Assembly: GCA_045863395.1 (NCBI GenBank)
Contig: BTVJ01000113.1
Location: 1 to 21,019 of the forward strand
Direction: 5' to 3'
From: Myxococcales bacterium
GTDB taxonomy: Bacteria; Myxococcota_A; UBA9042; JABWCM01; BTVJ01
DNA: 21,019 nucleotides
The notes beneath the pieces were generated by a model, which did not search any database, had not been told where the DNA came from, and saw nothing but the letters and a program-made list of their open reading frames with translations. Position numbers and translations under genes: made by a program. Shown here one piece after another: positions 6,991 to 14,252 of the stretch (position 1 is its first letter; each line of letters opens with the position of its first letter).

Positions 6991-9323
6991 GCCGCTTCCT
7001 CCAGCGCCTCTGGCGCCGTCATGTCCACCACCGTCCAGCCGTCCCACGTGCCGCCCGGGAGCGTGCAGACCAGGACCTGATCCAGGCGCCCGGCGCCCAC
7101 CAGGCGCTCTGCCAGGCGCGCGAAGGCGACCTGGTTGTGTCGGTCCAGCACCTCGGCGCCGTCGACCACCACCAGGCGCAGGGGGCTGTTCGCCAGGTGG
7201 TGCATCGCCGCAGCCACCATGAGGAGCGTCAGCGCCGCCTCGCCGGCGGACAGCGCCGACAGCGGCACCACCACCGGCCCCCGACGCCAGCCGATGCGAG
7301 GCCGCCCGCCTGACTCGACGGCGAAGCTGCCGAGCTGTGACGCGAAGGCCGACGCCATCTTCTGCACGGGGCCCGTGAGTGGCGAGAGCACGCCGGCCGT
7401 GGCCTCCGCCTGCACGCCGGGCAGCTCCGCCTCGGCCGCGCGCCAGATCTCGTGCCAGGCTTGGGCGACCTGCCGGGCCCGCTCCGCCTCGGCCTTCCGC
7501 GCGACGGCCTCCTCTCGAGCCAGCGTCCGCGCGTCGGCCTCGGTCCTGGCCGCCCGGGCCTGGCGCAGGTCCATGTCCGCCTGCCTGGCCCTCAGCTCGG
7601 CCTCATCGAGCGCGCGCCTGACCGGGGCGTCTTCGACGGGGCAGGACTCCTGACGGATCGCCTCCAGGCAGCGCCGCGCCTCGATCACCCCCGACGTGGA
7701 CCGGCTGGCGCTGGAACGTAGCGACTCCAGCTCCCGTGCCAGATCCTCGACGCGCAGCGCCATGGAGTCTCGCTGCCCCTCCAGCCGCGCCTGGTCCGTG
7801 TCCGCGCCCGATGCCGCGCGCTTCTCCAGACCGGACACCGCCCGCTCTGCCCCGCGCAGCGCGTCCTCCGCGGCCCGCCTGCTCCGCTGCGCATCGCTGC
7901 GAGCCCCCTCCGCCGCGTGCTCTGCCGCCTGCGCCTCGCGCAGCAGGGTCTCCGCCCGCTCGTGGGCCATCGCGGCCTCGTCGGCCTCGACATGCAGCGC
8001 CTCCACCTGCTCGTGCCCCGTGTCGAAGTTGTCCGGGAGGTCCTGCCGACAGGTCGGGCAGCGTCCGTCCGCGTAGGCCCCGTGGTTGCGCAGCGCGTCC
8101 CGCAAGGCCCCATCGACGCGGTCCAGTGCCGCCCGCGCGGTGGAGGCCGCCCTGCGTGCCCGCTCCAGCGCATCGCGGGCAGACGACCACGCCTCCTCCG
8201 CCTCCGACAGCCGGCGCCCCGATGCGTCCAAGGCAACTTGCGCCCGGTCCCGTTCGGTCCTGGCCTTCAGGAGCTCCGCGCCGAGGCCCGTGTCACTGGC
8301 CCTGCGGATGAGGTCCTCCTCGATGCGGCGGATCTGCGCCCGGCTGGCCTCGATGCTGTGCTCCGCCTGCTCGTACTCGCGCACAGCCTCACGCGCCCTA
8401 CTCTCCGCCGCATCTACGGCTGCCTGGGCCATCTGCTGTCGCTTCCGGCGCTCGGACTCCCAGGACGCCCGTTGCTCCTCCAGGGATGCGACGCGCTGCC
8501 GCGCCCCACCGAGCTGCTCCTTCGCCGTCGCCGCGGCCAGCTCGGCGGTCTGGCACGCGTCCGTCACCCGCTGCATGGTCGCCGCGTCAGGTGCATCTGG
8601 GATCGGCGCGTCGATGAGCGCGCGTGTGGACCGCACGTCGCTGTTCGCCTGGGTCCGCTGGGCTCCGACGTACCGCCCGATCTGGTCCACCGCATCGAGG
8701 GGAGCCTCCACGGCGTCCACGGCCGGCTCCAGCAGCGCCGCAAGGCCGTCCTCGCTCAGCTCCGCGCGGTCCAGCGTGTCGGGCTTGACCCGGTCCATGG
8801 TGGCGGTCACCAGCGCGTTGAGCACGTCCCGCGGCGTCCACGTGGACGACCCCGAGCAGAGCGCCAACACCGCCCGCTCCAGCGCCACCGGCTCCATGCG
8901 TCGGAGACCCTCCAGGTCAAGCAGCGCCACGCCCAGGGTGCCACCGTACCGCTTGGCCACCGCTTCCCGCGCTGCGGCGTTGTCGCCGGCCGGACCAGGC
9001 TCACCGTGGGCGGGCGGGAAGACCTGTCGCGTGCCTGCCGCCTCCGACGGACGGAAGCCGAAGGCCACCGCGTAACCGTCATTGTCGCGCGCCGTCACCG
9101 TCCACGGGCGGTCTGCCGTCAGGTCGAGCAGCGGCCCCACAGTCGCCATGCCCTGCTTGTCCACGTCCCGCCCTGGGAGGCGCTGCGTCAGGGCGAGCAG
9201 CACTCCCTCGGCGACAGTCGTCTTGCCCGCGCCGTTCGGCCCCCGGATGACCGTCAGGTCGTCCAGGTCCACCACCACGTCACGGCCGCGGAGGCCGCTC
9301 ACTTCCACCTGGGTCAGCCGCAT
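6987..9323 (-). CDS. Rad50/SbcC-like SMC-family ATPase (778 aa)
   Basis: Walker A GPNGAGKT, long coiled coil with central CPTC zinc hook, signature LSAGE, Walker B VVVDGAE, D-loop LD; AGGAGG RBS. Confidence 0.9.
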   Translation of the reverse strand: MRLTQVEVSGLRGRDVVVDLDDLTVIRGPNGAGKTTVAEGVLLALTQRLPGRDVDKQGMATVGPLLDLTADRPWTVTARDNDGYAVAFGFRPSEAAGTRQVFPPAHGEPGPAGDNAAAREAVAKRYGGTLGVALLDLEGLRRMEPVALERAVLALCSGSSTWTPRDVLNALVTATMDRVKPDTLDRAELSEDGLAALLEPAVDAVEAPLDAVDQIGRYVGAQRTQANSDVRSTRALIDAPIPDAPDAATMQRVTDACQTAELAAATAKEQLGGARQRVASLEEQRASWESERRKRQQMAQAAVDAAESRAREAVREYEQAEHSIEASRAQIRRIEEDLIRRASDTGLGAELLKARTERDRAQVALDASGRRLSEAEEAWSSARDALERARRAASTARAALDRVDGALRDALRNHGAYADGRCPTCRQDLPDNFDTGHEQVEALHVEADEAAMAHERAETLLREAQAAEHAAEGARSDAQRSRRAAEDALRGAERAVSGLEKRAASGADTDQARLEGQRDSMALRVEDLARELESLRSSASRSTSGVIEARRCLEAIRQESCPVEDAPVRRALDEAELRARQADMDLRQARAARTEADARTLAREEAVARKAEAERARQVAQAWHEIWRAAEAELPGVQAEATAGVLSPLTGPVQKMASAFASQLGSFAVESGGRPRIGWRRGPVVVPLSALSAGEAALTLLMVAAAMHHLANSPLRLVVVDGAEVLDRHNQVAFARLAERLVGAGRLDQVLVCTLPGGTWDGWTVVDMTAPEALEEAA

Positions 9324-9361
9324 CGAATCCTCCTATCATCCGCATACTGCGCGGGTAGACG

Positions 9362-9464
9362 TTGTGGGCGGTCCCCCTCCCGTGGCACCATCGGGACGCG
9401 CGAGGCGGCCGTTGTGGTGACCACCGCCCCGCGCGTTGCACGAACCACGGGAGGAAGGACCATG
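9362..9464. ncRNA. Structured ~103-nt element, copy A (inverted homologue of 14719-14823)
   Basis: Outer stem 9370-9385/9445-9461 and inner 14-bp stem 9396-9409/9423-9436. Carries TTGTGG-18-CACCAT plus the SD and ATG of ORF 9462-9704. Confidence 0.65.
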
Positions 9465-9704
9465 GAAGACAAGCCTGTGATGAACGACCACACCCGGGAT
9501 GTTCGAGGAGCAGCGGTTGCTGCGCGCCTCGCATCGGAGGTCGTGGCGGAATTCGCCGAGCAGATAGTCGAGCGCAAGCATGGATCGGACGCGCTCGGGG
9601 TGTTGCTCGATGCACATCACGAGATCATCGTTCGCATCTGGAAGTCGATTCGGAATGAGTTCTTGAGGAACCCGACTCGCACCCCTCGCTCGGAGTGGTT
9701 CTGA
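9462..9704 (+). CDS. Small helical hypothetical protein (80 aa), antisense to the left early operon
   Basis: GGGAGG RBS within element A; MEDKPVMND...RTPRSEWF; composition is protein-like. Confidence 0.7.
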   Translation: MEDKPVMNDHTRDVRGAAVAARLASEVVAEFAEQIVERKHGSDALGVLLDAHHEIIVRIWKSIRNEFLRNPTRTPRSEWF

Positions 9705-10044
9705 GTGCCGCAATCATCCGGAGCAGCGCGGCGGCTGACTCATTGCCCCGGCAGGAAAACGACTCCATGCAATCGGAGCGCTCAGCCTGCAAGGCCGTCA
9801 ACTCCGCTCGATGAAGCATCTCGTATAGGATGGCCTGGAACTTGTTTGCGAACTCGCGCGCGGCGTCGTGCAACGCGACTATGTCGTCAAGCCCTTCCGG
9901 GCCGGCACCCACGAACACACACACCGTCTTGTACATAGAGGCTGCGATGGCTCGCGCCTGCTCCTGGTGGTGGCTCGCCAGTTCGAGCGTGACAGTCGGA
10001 GGGTCTCCTCCTACTTCAATGACGGTCCCTTGAATCAGTCGCAT
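9625..10044 (-). CDS. Hypothetical protein (139 aa)
   Basis: GAGAGAGG RBS, MRLIQGTVIEVGG...; its 3' end overlaps the antisense ORF by 80 nt. Confidence 0.65.
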   Translation of the reverse strand: MRLIQGTVIEVGGDPPTVTLELASHHQEQARAIAASMYKTVCVFVGAGPEGLDDIVALHDAAREFANKFQAILYEMLHRAELTALQAERSDCMESFSCRGNESAAALLRMIAALRTTPSEGCESGSSRTHSESTSRCER

Positions 10045-10088
10045 GGAATCAGCCTCTCTCCCGCGCCGTGCGCGGATCACTTGTTGGC

Positions 10089-10475
10089 TCAGTTGATCAG
10101 GAAGCCCGCACGGACTCGCACGGTCTCCGCGATGGCGACGATAGAGACGTTGAAGTCTTCGCCCGCCGCTTCGACGAGGCGCCGGAGGCCCCGCATGGTC
10201 CCGACGAGGACCAAGCGGGCCGCAGCCGGCGGGGGCTGCTCGGGGTCGGTGACAGCGCCCCCGGTCGACGGCACGGGGCTGAGGGCGCGCGCCCCCTGCG
10301 TCCGCACGCAGAGCCTCGTGAACCTCCACTCCGGCCCCCGGTCGTCCGACGTCAGCACGGCCCGGGCCCCGCACCCGTAGTCCGTCGTCCTCTTCGTCCA
10401 CAGAGCGCGCCGGGAGCCGCAGTACACGCACTCCGCGGGGGCCGTCGCCAGTCGCTGGATGTTGCTCGGTTTCAC
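10089..10475 (-). CDS. Hypothetical protein with CxxC; first gene of the PL-like transcript
   Basis: GAGGTG RBS, GTG start, CVYC motif. Confidence 0.6.
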   Translation of the reverse strand: MKPSNIQRLATAPAECVYCGSRRALWTKRTTDYGCGARAVLTSDDRGPEWRFTRLCVRTQGARALSPVPSTGGAVTDPEQPPPAAARLVLVGTMRGLRRLVEAAGEDFNVSIVAIAETVRVRAGFLIN

Positions 10476-10802
10476 GTTCGCACCTCGTCACTGCAATACT
10501 TTGCCGTTGCCTGAACCGGCGTTCAGGGCCATCATGGGTCCACGTCGCCCCGGCGACGCCCGCTCCCGGTGCCCGCACAACCGCGCCCCACTGCCGGGGC
10601 CGTGTCTTCCCGGCGTCCGTGGGCGCCGGTACTGCGGGGCCGACGCGCTGACCTGCGGCTCCTCTTGGCGAGGGAGCGCGGGAGGGGCCGCGGGGCCGGC
10701 AGGGGCCGCGCTGGTGGGCGGCGTGCTCGGACCCGCGGGCCCCTCCCGGCGGGGGCGCGGCGGCGGGGAGTGGGTTGTCAGGGAGCGACGAGTACGAAAG
10801 AA

Positions 10803-10832
10803 ACTTTAGCTTAGACCTAATTGGCGAGTCAA
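10803..10832 (-). promoter_or_regulatory. PL-like sigma70 promoter
   Basis: TTGACT-18-TAAAGT with ATTAGGT in the spacer; aligns with the PR-like promoter at 13778-13807. Confidence 0.7.
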
Positions 10833-10850
10833 GGGCAAAATGTAGGTTGT

Positions 10851-10864
10851 ACCTAATGCTAGGT
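10851..10864. promoter_or_regulatory. Putative operator ACCTA-ATGC-TAGGT
   Basis: Palindrome sharing the ACCTA/TAGGT half-site with the PR operator. Confidence 0.5.
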
Positions 10865-10870
10865 GAGGCG

Positions 10871-11131
10871 ATGCGACGGCTGGCATGGCGGAACGTGATT
10901 GGGGCGATGCAGGATCTGGACCTTGATGATCCGGCTGAATTGACCGACGGGGCAACAATTGTCGCAGAGGTGCTGAGCGGCGCCCTGTCCGGGAAGCTTG
11001 TGCTTGGGGTTATTGATGGAACGGAGCTTGTCCCAGCGGAGCCAACAATGCGCCGCCTCCCGCTCTCCTCCGCCGACCCCCGCCTGCGGGTGCTCGGAGC
11101 CGTGGTCGGCTTCACCAGGCGCGACGCGTGA
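10871..11131 (+). CDS. Small protein (86 aa) resembling a degenerate S24/LexA C-terminal domain
   Basis: AGGTGAGG RBS. DGATIVAEV...ELVPAEPTMRRLPL...RVLGAVVGFTR resembles the end of LexA/UmuD domains. No clear Ser-Lys dyad. Confidence 0.6.
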   Translation: MRRLAWRNVIGAMQDLDLDDPAELTDGATIVAEVLSGALSGKLVLGVIDGTELVPAEPTMRRLPLSSADPRLRVLGAVVGFTRRDA

Positions 11132-11152
11132 GCCCTGCACGGACGCGCAGAA

Positions 11153-11181
11153 TTGCTCCGCGCGGCCGGCGGTTGTACCTT
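11153..11181 (+). promoter_or_regulatory. Putative hicBA promoter
   Basis: TTGCTC-17-TACCTT just upstream of the GGAGGT RBS. Confidence 0.45.
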
Positions 11182-11199
11182 GCTGGAGGTGCACTCGCC

Positions 11200-11640
11200 A
11201 TGAATGGGACGACGCGCTTGAACCTGATCAATACCTACACCTTCTGGGTCCACGCATACCGGGCTGACGACCTGCCTGGGGTGTGGCTCGCCCATGTGTT
11301 GGACATCGACACCGTGACGCAGGGCTCCTCCCTCCGCGACGCCCTGGAGCACGCGGTGGACGCCGCGACCATCGTCGTCGGAGAGGACAGGGCTGCTTCG
11401 CGCGACCTGGCCGACCGCAAGGCCCCGGAGGAGTTCTGGGAGAAGCTGCGCTCCCTGTTCAAGGAGGGGTTCTTCGTGCGCTCCGCCGAGCAGCTCCTCG
11501 ACCACCAGGATGCCATCGTGGAGCTTGCCACCCAGATCAGCATCACCTACGGCACCGTGATCGCAGACCACGACCCGGTCAACGCCGACTCCATCCCCAA
11601 CTTCTGGCTCAAGGAGACCTTGGGCCAGCTCCACTCGTAG
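11200..11640 (+). CDS. hicB: HicB-like antitoxin (146 aa)
   Basis: GVWLAHVLDIDTVTQGSSLRDALEHAVDA matches the HicB partial RNase H fold; GGAGGT RBS; adjacent to hicA. Confidence 0.8.
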   Translation: MNGTTRLNLINTYTFWVHAYRADDLPGVWLAHVLDIDTVTQGSSLRDALEHAVDAATIVVGEDRAASRDLADRKAPEEFWEKLRSLFKEGFFVRSAEQLLDHQDAIVELATQISITYGTVIADHDPVNADSIPNFWLKETLGQLHS

Positions 11641-11650
11641 CCCCCCGTCC

Positions 11651-11878
11651 GTGCCCTACCGACTTCGTGACGTGAAGCGACACCTCGAAGCCCGCGGCGT
11701 CGCGGTCGTCGAGGCCGGCGGCCGCCACCCCTACCGTGCCGAGCGCGACGGGAAGGTCTACCCGATCCCCGCACACAACGGCCTCAAGTCCGAGCTCGCC
11801 GACGTCTTCATCCGAGGCGTGTGCCGCTGCTTCGGCCTGGACCAGGACGCGTTCTTCCGCGACCTGCGCGGCGAGTAG
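11651..11878 (+). CDS. hicA: HicA-like toxin (75 aa)
   Basis: RDVKRHLEARG...GGRH...YPIPAHNG.KSEL...IRGV...FGL is the HicA dsRBD-like pattern. GTG start without an evident SD. Confidence 0.8.
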   Translation: MPYRLRDVKRHLEARGVAVVEAGGRHPYRAERDGKVYPIPAHNGLKSELADVFIRGVCRCFGLDQDAFFRDLRGE

Positions 11879-11950
11879 GCGCCGCCTCCCGCTCTCCCCC
11901 GCCGACCCCCGCGTGCGGGTGCTCGGGGCGGTCGTGGGGACGGGGAGATC

Positions 11951-12412
11951 CTACGGTGGGTCGGGGATGCGGTTCAGGAGCAGGAGGGGCAACACCAAGG
12001 TGGGGATCCCAGTTCGGACGGACATCGATTGGAGGAACTCGCGGTAATAGGGCCAAGCGTTGAACACGGCGTTCCTGGTAGCAAATGCCGCTCGGTCCCG
12101 TTCAATCACGTCCCTGGGAAGAGCCTCATTGAACAGGTAGGCCAGCATGTAGGTAGCCTCGGCCTCGAACCAGGTCACGCCGGACTTCGCCTCCACGACC
12201 TCCGTCGCCATCTTCACGACCACCGTGTAGATGCGGTTCTCTTCGTCCACCATGTCAGTGGCTTGTGTCGTGACCTGGGGCCTCAGATCAGGATCCACGG
12301 GCTGTGGCGGCACGACCGGGTGGAGCTTCGACCGGCACTCGAGCAAAGCAATATTGAGCAGTTGAAGCCATTCATGCAGCGCGGTGATGCTCTCTGGGGC
12401 AGCGTCGCTCAT
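11951..12412 (-). CDS. SecB-like chaperone of a TAC system (153 aa)
   Basis: LQLLNIALLECRS...WFEAEATYMLAY...FATRNAVFNAWPYYREFLQSMSVRTGIPTLVLPLL matches the SecB/Rv1957-like C-terminal signature; ATGA-coupled to the antitoxin. Confidence 0.88.
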   Translation of the reverse strand: MSDAAPESITALHEWLQLLNIALLECRSKLHPVVPPQPVDPDLRPQVTTQATDMVDEENRIYTVVVKMATEVVEAKSGVTWFEAEATYMLAYLFNEALPRDVIERDRAAFATRNAVFNAWPYYREFLQSMSVRTGIPTLVLPLLLLNRIPDPP

Positions 12413-12927
12413 GCCGCTTTTCCCTCACGCGGGGGAAGGCGGATGCCCCCCTGGGTCATGGATGGCGCAGGAATGTGCTGCGACGCTCCGTTACTGGAGT
12501 ACGTTGGCGCGTTCACCTCTACCCGGAGTGTGCAGCGCTGGAACGAAAAAACGTTCGCGGGAAGTAACGGAGCTTGCGCGCACGGGCTGAGCTTATCGAG
12601 TAGCCCCAAGGCTGCCTGAATGTTGGAGCCATGAGCGGCTTGCCGTGGTCGGATGAGTGGCACCATTTCCAGGTCCAGCGCATCCAGCGCCCGGAACAGC
12701 GTCTTGAGCGAGACGCCGTCCCCCGTGTAGAGACCGAGCGCCCGCTGCGCCGTTGAGATGGACCCCACCCGCCGGGCGAATTCTCGCATCCCCCAGCCCT
12801 TTGACAGCCTGGCCTCCTCGACATTGCGCGCCACTTCGCCAAGGAAGCGACCAAGGCGGTACGCTTGGCGTCGCTCCGCGCTGGCTTCCCGGTCATCTTG
12901 TACCCTGTCACTCCACTTCGCGCCCAT
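12409..12927 (-). CDS. HigA-like XRE-HTH antitoxin with C-terminal extension (putative ChAD)
   Basis: KWSD...AY...VEEARLSKGWGMREFARRVG...VSLKTLFRALDALDLE followed by a ~75-aa extension. ATG 12927 has a GGAGG RBS. Confidence 0.82.
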   Translation of the reverse strand: MGAKWSDRVQDDREASAERRQAYRLGRFLGEVARNVEEARLSKGWGMREFARRVGSISTAQRALGLYTGDGVSLKTLFRALDALDLEMVPLIRPRQAAHGSNIQAALGLLDKLSPCAQAPLLPANVFSFQRCTLRVEVNAPTYSSNGASQHIPAPSMTQGGIRLPPREGKAA

Positions 12928-13332
12928 CGTCGGCCTCCATGTCCTCGTCGTGTTCATCGTCTTCGGGCCAAGGGATCTGTCGCCGGCGCTTCAGTAGTGC
13001 GTCCTTGACCTTCGGCAGTATGGCCCGAGTCCCCTTGTTGCGGTCACAGAGAAGCACCCACACAGCGCGGTTCGTTTCGTCCACATCAACGTAGATCCTG
13101 AGGTTGTGGTCGTAGTGACGCTTCCGTATCTCCCAGATGCCACGGATCCCTTCCTCTTCCGTGAGCTGCTTGTAGGCTGGAGGCCAAGGGCTGGCCCATG
13201 GTCCAAGCGCGTCACCAGATCATCGAGTTCGCCAAAGAACTCATCGAGGAACCCGGCGCACCTCCGCTCGATGCGTCGGACTTCGCGCTTGCATGACTTG
13301 TGCGGGTCGTTCCACTTCCAGCCGTCCGCCAC
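12908..13332 (-). pseudogene. HigB/RelE-family (Gp49-like) toxin interrupted by a 1-nt frameshift near 13183
   Basis: Frame 1 reads MADGWKW...LDHGPALG. The shifted frame reads PAYKQLTEEEGIRGIWEIRKRHYDHNLRIYVDVDETNRAVWVLLC...GREVE*, has a stop at 13222-13220 and no start codon ahead of the WEIR motif. Confidence 0.82.
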
Positions 13333-13344
13333 ACCGCCCCTCAC

Positions 13345-13372
13345 ATCGTACCCAAAAATGGGTACACGTCAA
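13345..13372 (-). promoter_or_regulatory. TAC operon promoter with palindromic operator
   Basis: TTGACG-16-TACGAT; the perfect inverted repeat GTACCCA-AAAA-TGGGTAC (13348-13365) covers the spacer and -10. Confidence 0.72.
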
Positions 13373-13707
13373 CGCGACTGCCCTTCGCGCCTCACCATCC
13401 CCATCTGCTCCGCCTGCTCCACCACCGCTCGGACCAGCCCCACCCCCCGCTCGTCGAGCTGCACCACCCGGTGCACCAGCTCTCGCGTCGCCTCCGGGAG
13501 CTCCGCGTCAGGGGGGTGCGTGTAACCAAGGACCTCGTGCTCGGGGACAGAGAGGGCCGTGGCCATCAACGAGAGGGTGTGGGATGTCCAGCCGTGCCTG
13601 TCCCGCTCAAGCTGAGAGATCGTCGCCGGGTTCATCTCGACTTTCTCGGCGAGCTGCTCCTGCGTCAATCTCGCGGCCCGGCGGATCTGGCGGATGTGAA
13701 GCCTCAT
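13369..13707 (-). CDS. CI-like XRE-HTH repressor (112 aa, no peptidase domain)
   Basis: IRQIRRAARLTQEQLAEKVEMNPATISQLERD; divergent from the cro-like gene. Confidence 0.88.
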   Translation of the reverse strand: MRLHIRQIRRAARLTQEQLAEKVEMNPATISQLERDRHGWTSHTLSLMATALSVPEHEVLGYTHPPDAELPEATRELVHRVVQLDERGVGLVRAVVEQAEQMGMVRREGQSR

Positions 13708-13777
13708 GGCTGAATGGTCGCACCTCCTAGAGGTTCCACACCATGGGGGCTGTCCTTCAGTCGGAGCAACTTTGGGC

Positions 13778-13807
13778 TTGACCTAAACATTAGGTTGAGG
13801 CTAAGGT
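13778..13807 (+). promoter_or_regulatory. PR-like promoter with operator ACCTAA-ACA-TTAGGT (13781-13795)
   Basis: TTGACC-18-TAAGGT; ATG lies 6 nt after the -10 with no SD. Confidence 0.75.
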
Positions 13808-13813
13808 TCCCGC

Positions 13814-14242
13814 ATGAAGCTGGACGACTTCAGGACAAGTCGAGGATTGACCTACAGCGAACTCGCCGAGCTTGTAGGGGCGAGGAATACCAACGCCGCG
13901 TGGCGTTGGTGCCAAGGCGAAGCACCAGAGCGCTTGACCGCTGCCCGCATCAGCGCCGCGACGGACGGCCTGGTAGCGGTGGAGGAGCTGCTCTACCCGG
14001 ACGGCGTACCCGAAGGTGCCCGGATAGCACGGTCTGAGCCGTGCCCTGAGAGCCAGGGCGCCGCCTCCCCAGATACCACCGCGCACGAGTCTCAATGCCC
14101 TCAGGACGGGCCGAACGCCCCCGGGACCGACGCTGACACCACCGCCGACGGGGGCCAAGGCCACCAGGTTCAGCGGGAGGGCGTCACCCACGACGAAGAC
14201 GACACAGCAACCCCGGCGGCGGGCGACCGCAGAGCGGCGTAG
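13814..14242 (+). CDS. Cro-like HTH regulator with low-complexity C-terminal tail
   Basis: MKLDDFRTSRGLTYSELAELVG...AAWRWCQGEAP...ISAATDGLVAVEELL. Confidence 0.85.
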   Translation: MKLDDFRTSRGLTYSELAELVGARNTNAAWRWCQGEAPERLTAARISAATDGLVAVEELLYPDGVPEGARIARSEPCPESQGAASPDTTAHESQCPQDGPNAPGTDADTTADGGQGHQVQREGVTHDEDDTATPAAGDRRAA

Positions 14243-14252
14243 GAGAACGACG

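Larger units (their letters stand above)
11050..11938. repeat. 60-bp imperfect direct repeat (11050-11109 and 11879-11938) flanking hicBA
   Basis: Six mismatches in 60 bp; the copies encode RRLPLSSADPRLRVLGAVVG and RRLPLSPADPRVRVLGAVVG. Confidence 0.9.

Noticed and set aside
7917..9461. N-terminal part of the 595-aa ORF 7917-9704
   Set aside because: Antisense to the SMC gene; only the last 80 codons have an RBS and protein-like composition.
9362..9464. Elements A and B as integron attC sites
   Set aside because: No RYYYAAC/GTTRRRY ends in the right arrangement, they lie 5' of their ORFs, and the integrase is phage-type.
10045..11634. N-terminal part of the 669-aa ORF 9625-11634
   Set aside because: Runs antisense through hicB and across the PL promoter; the real start is ATG 10044.
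13722..13734. ACCTC-CTA-GAGGT palindrome upstream of cI as a third operator
   Set aside because: Half-site and spacing differ from the other two palindromes; possible but unsupported.
12409..14242. C-terminal -AA ends (antitoxin GKAA, Cro RRAA) as ClpX degrons
   Set aside because: The antitoxin end is explained by the overlapping RBS-GCGGCATGA coupling, also seen on the SMC gene; there is no independent support.
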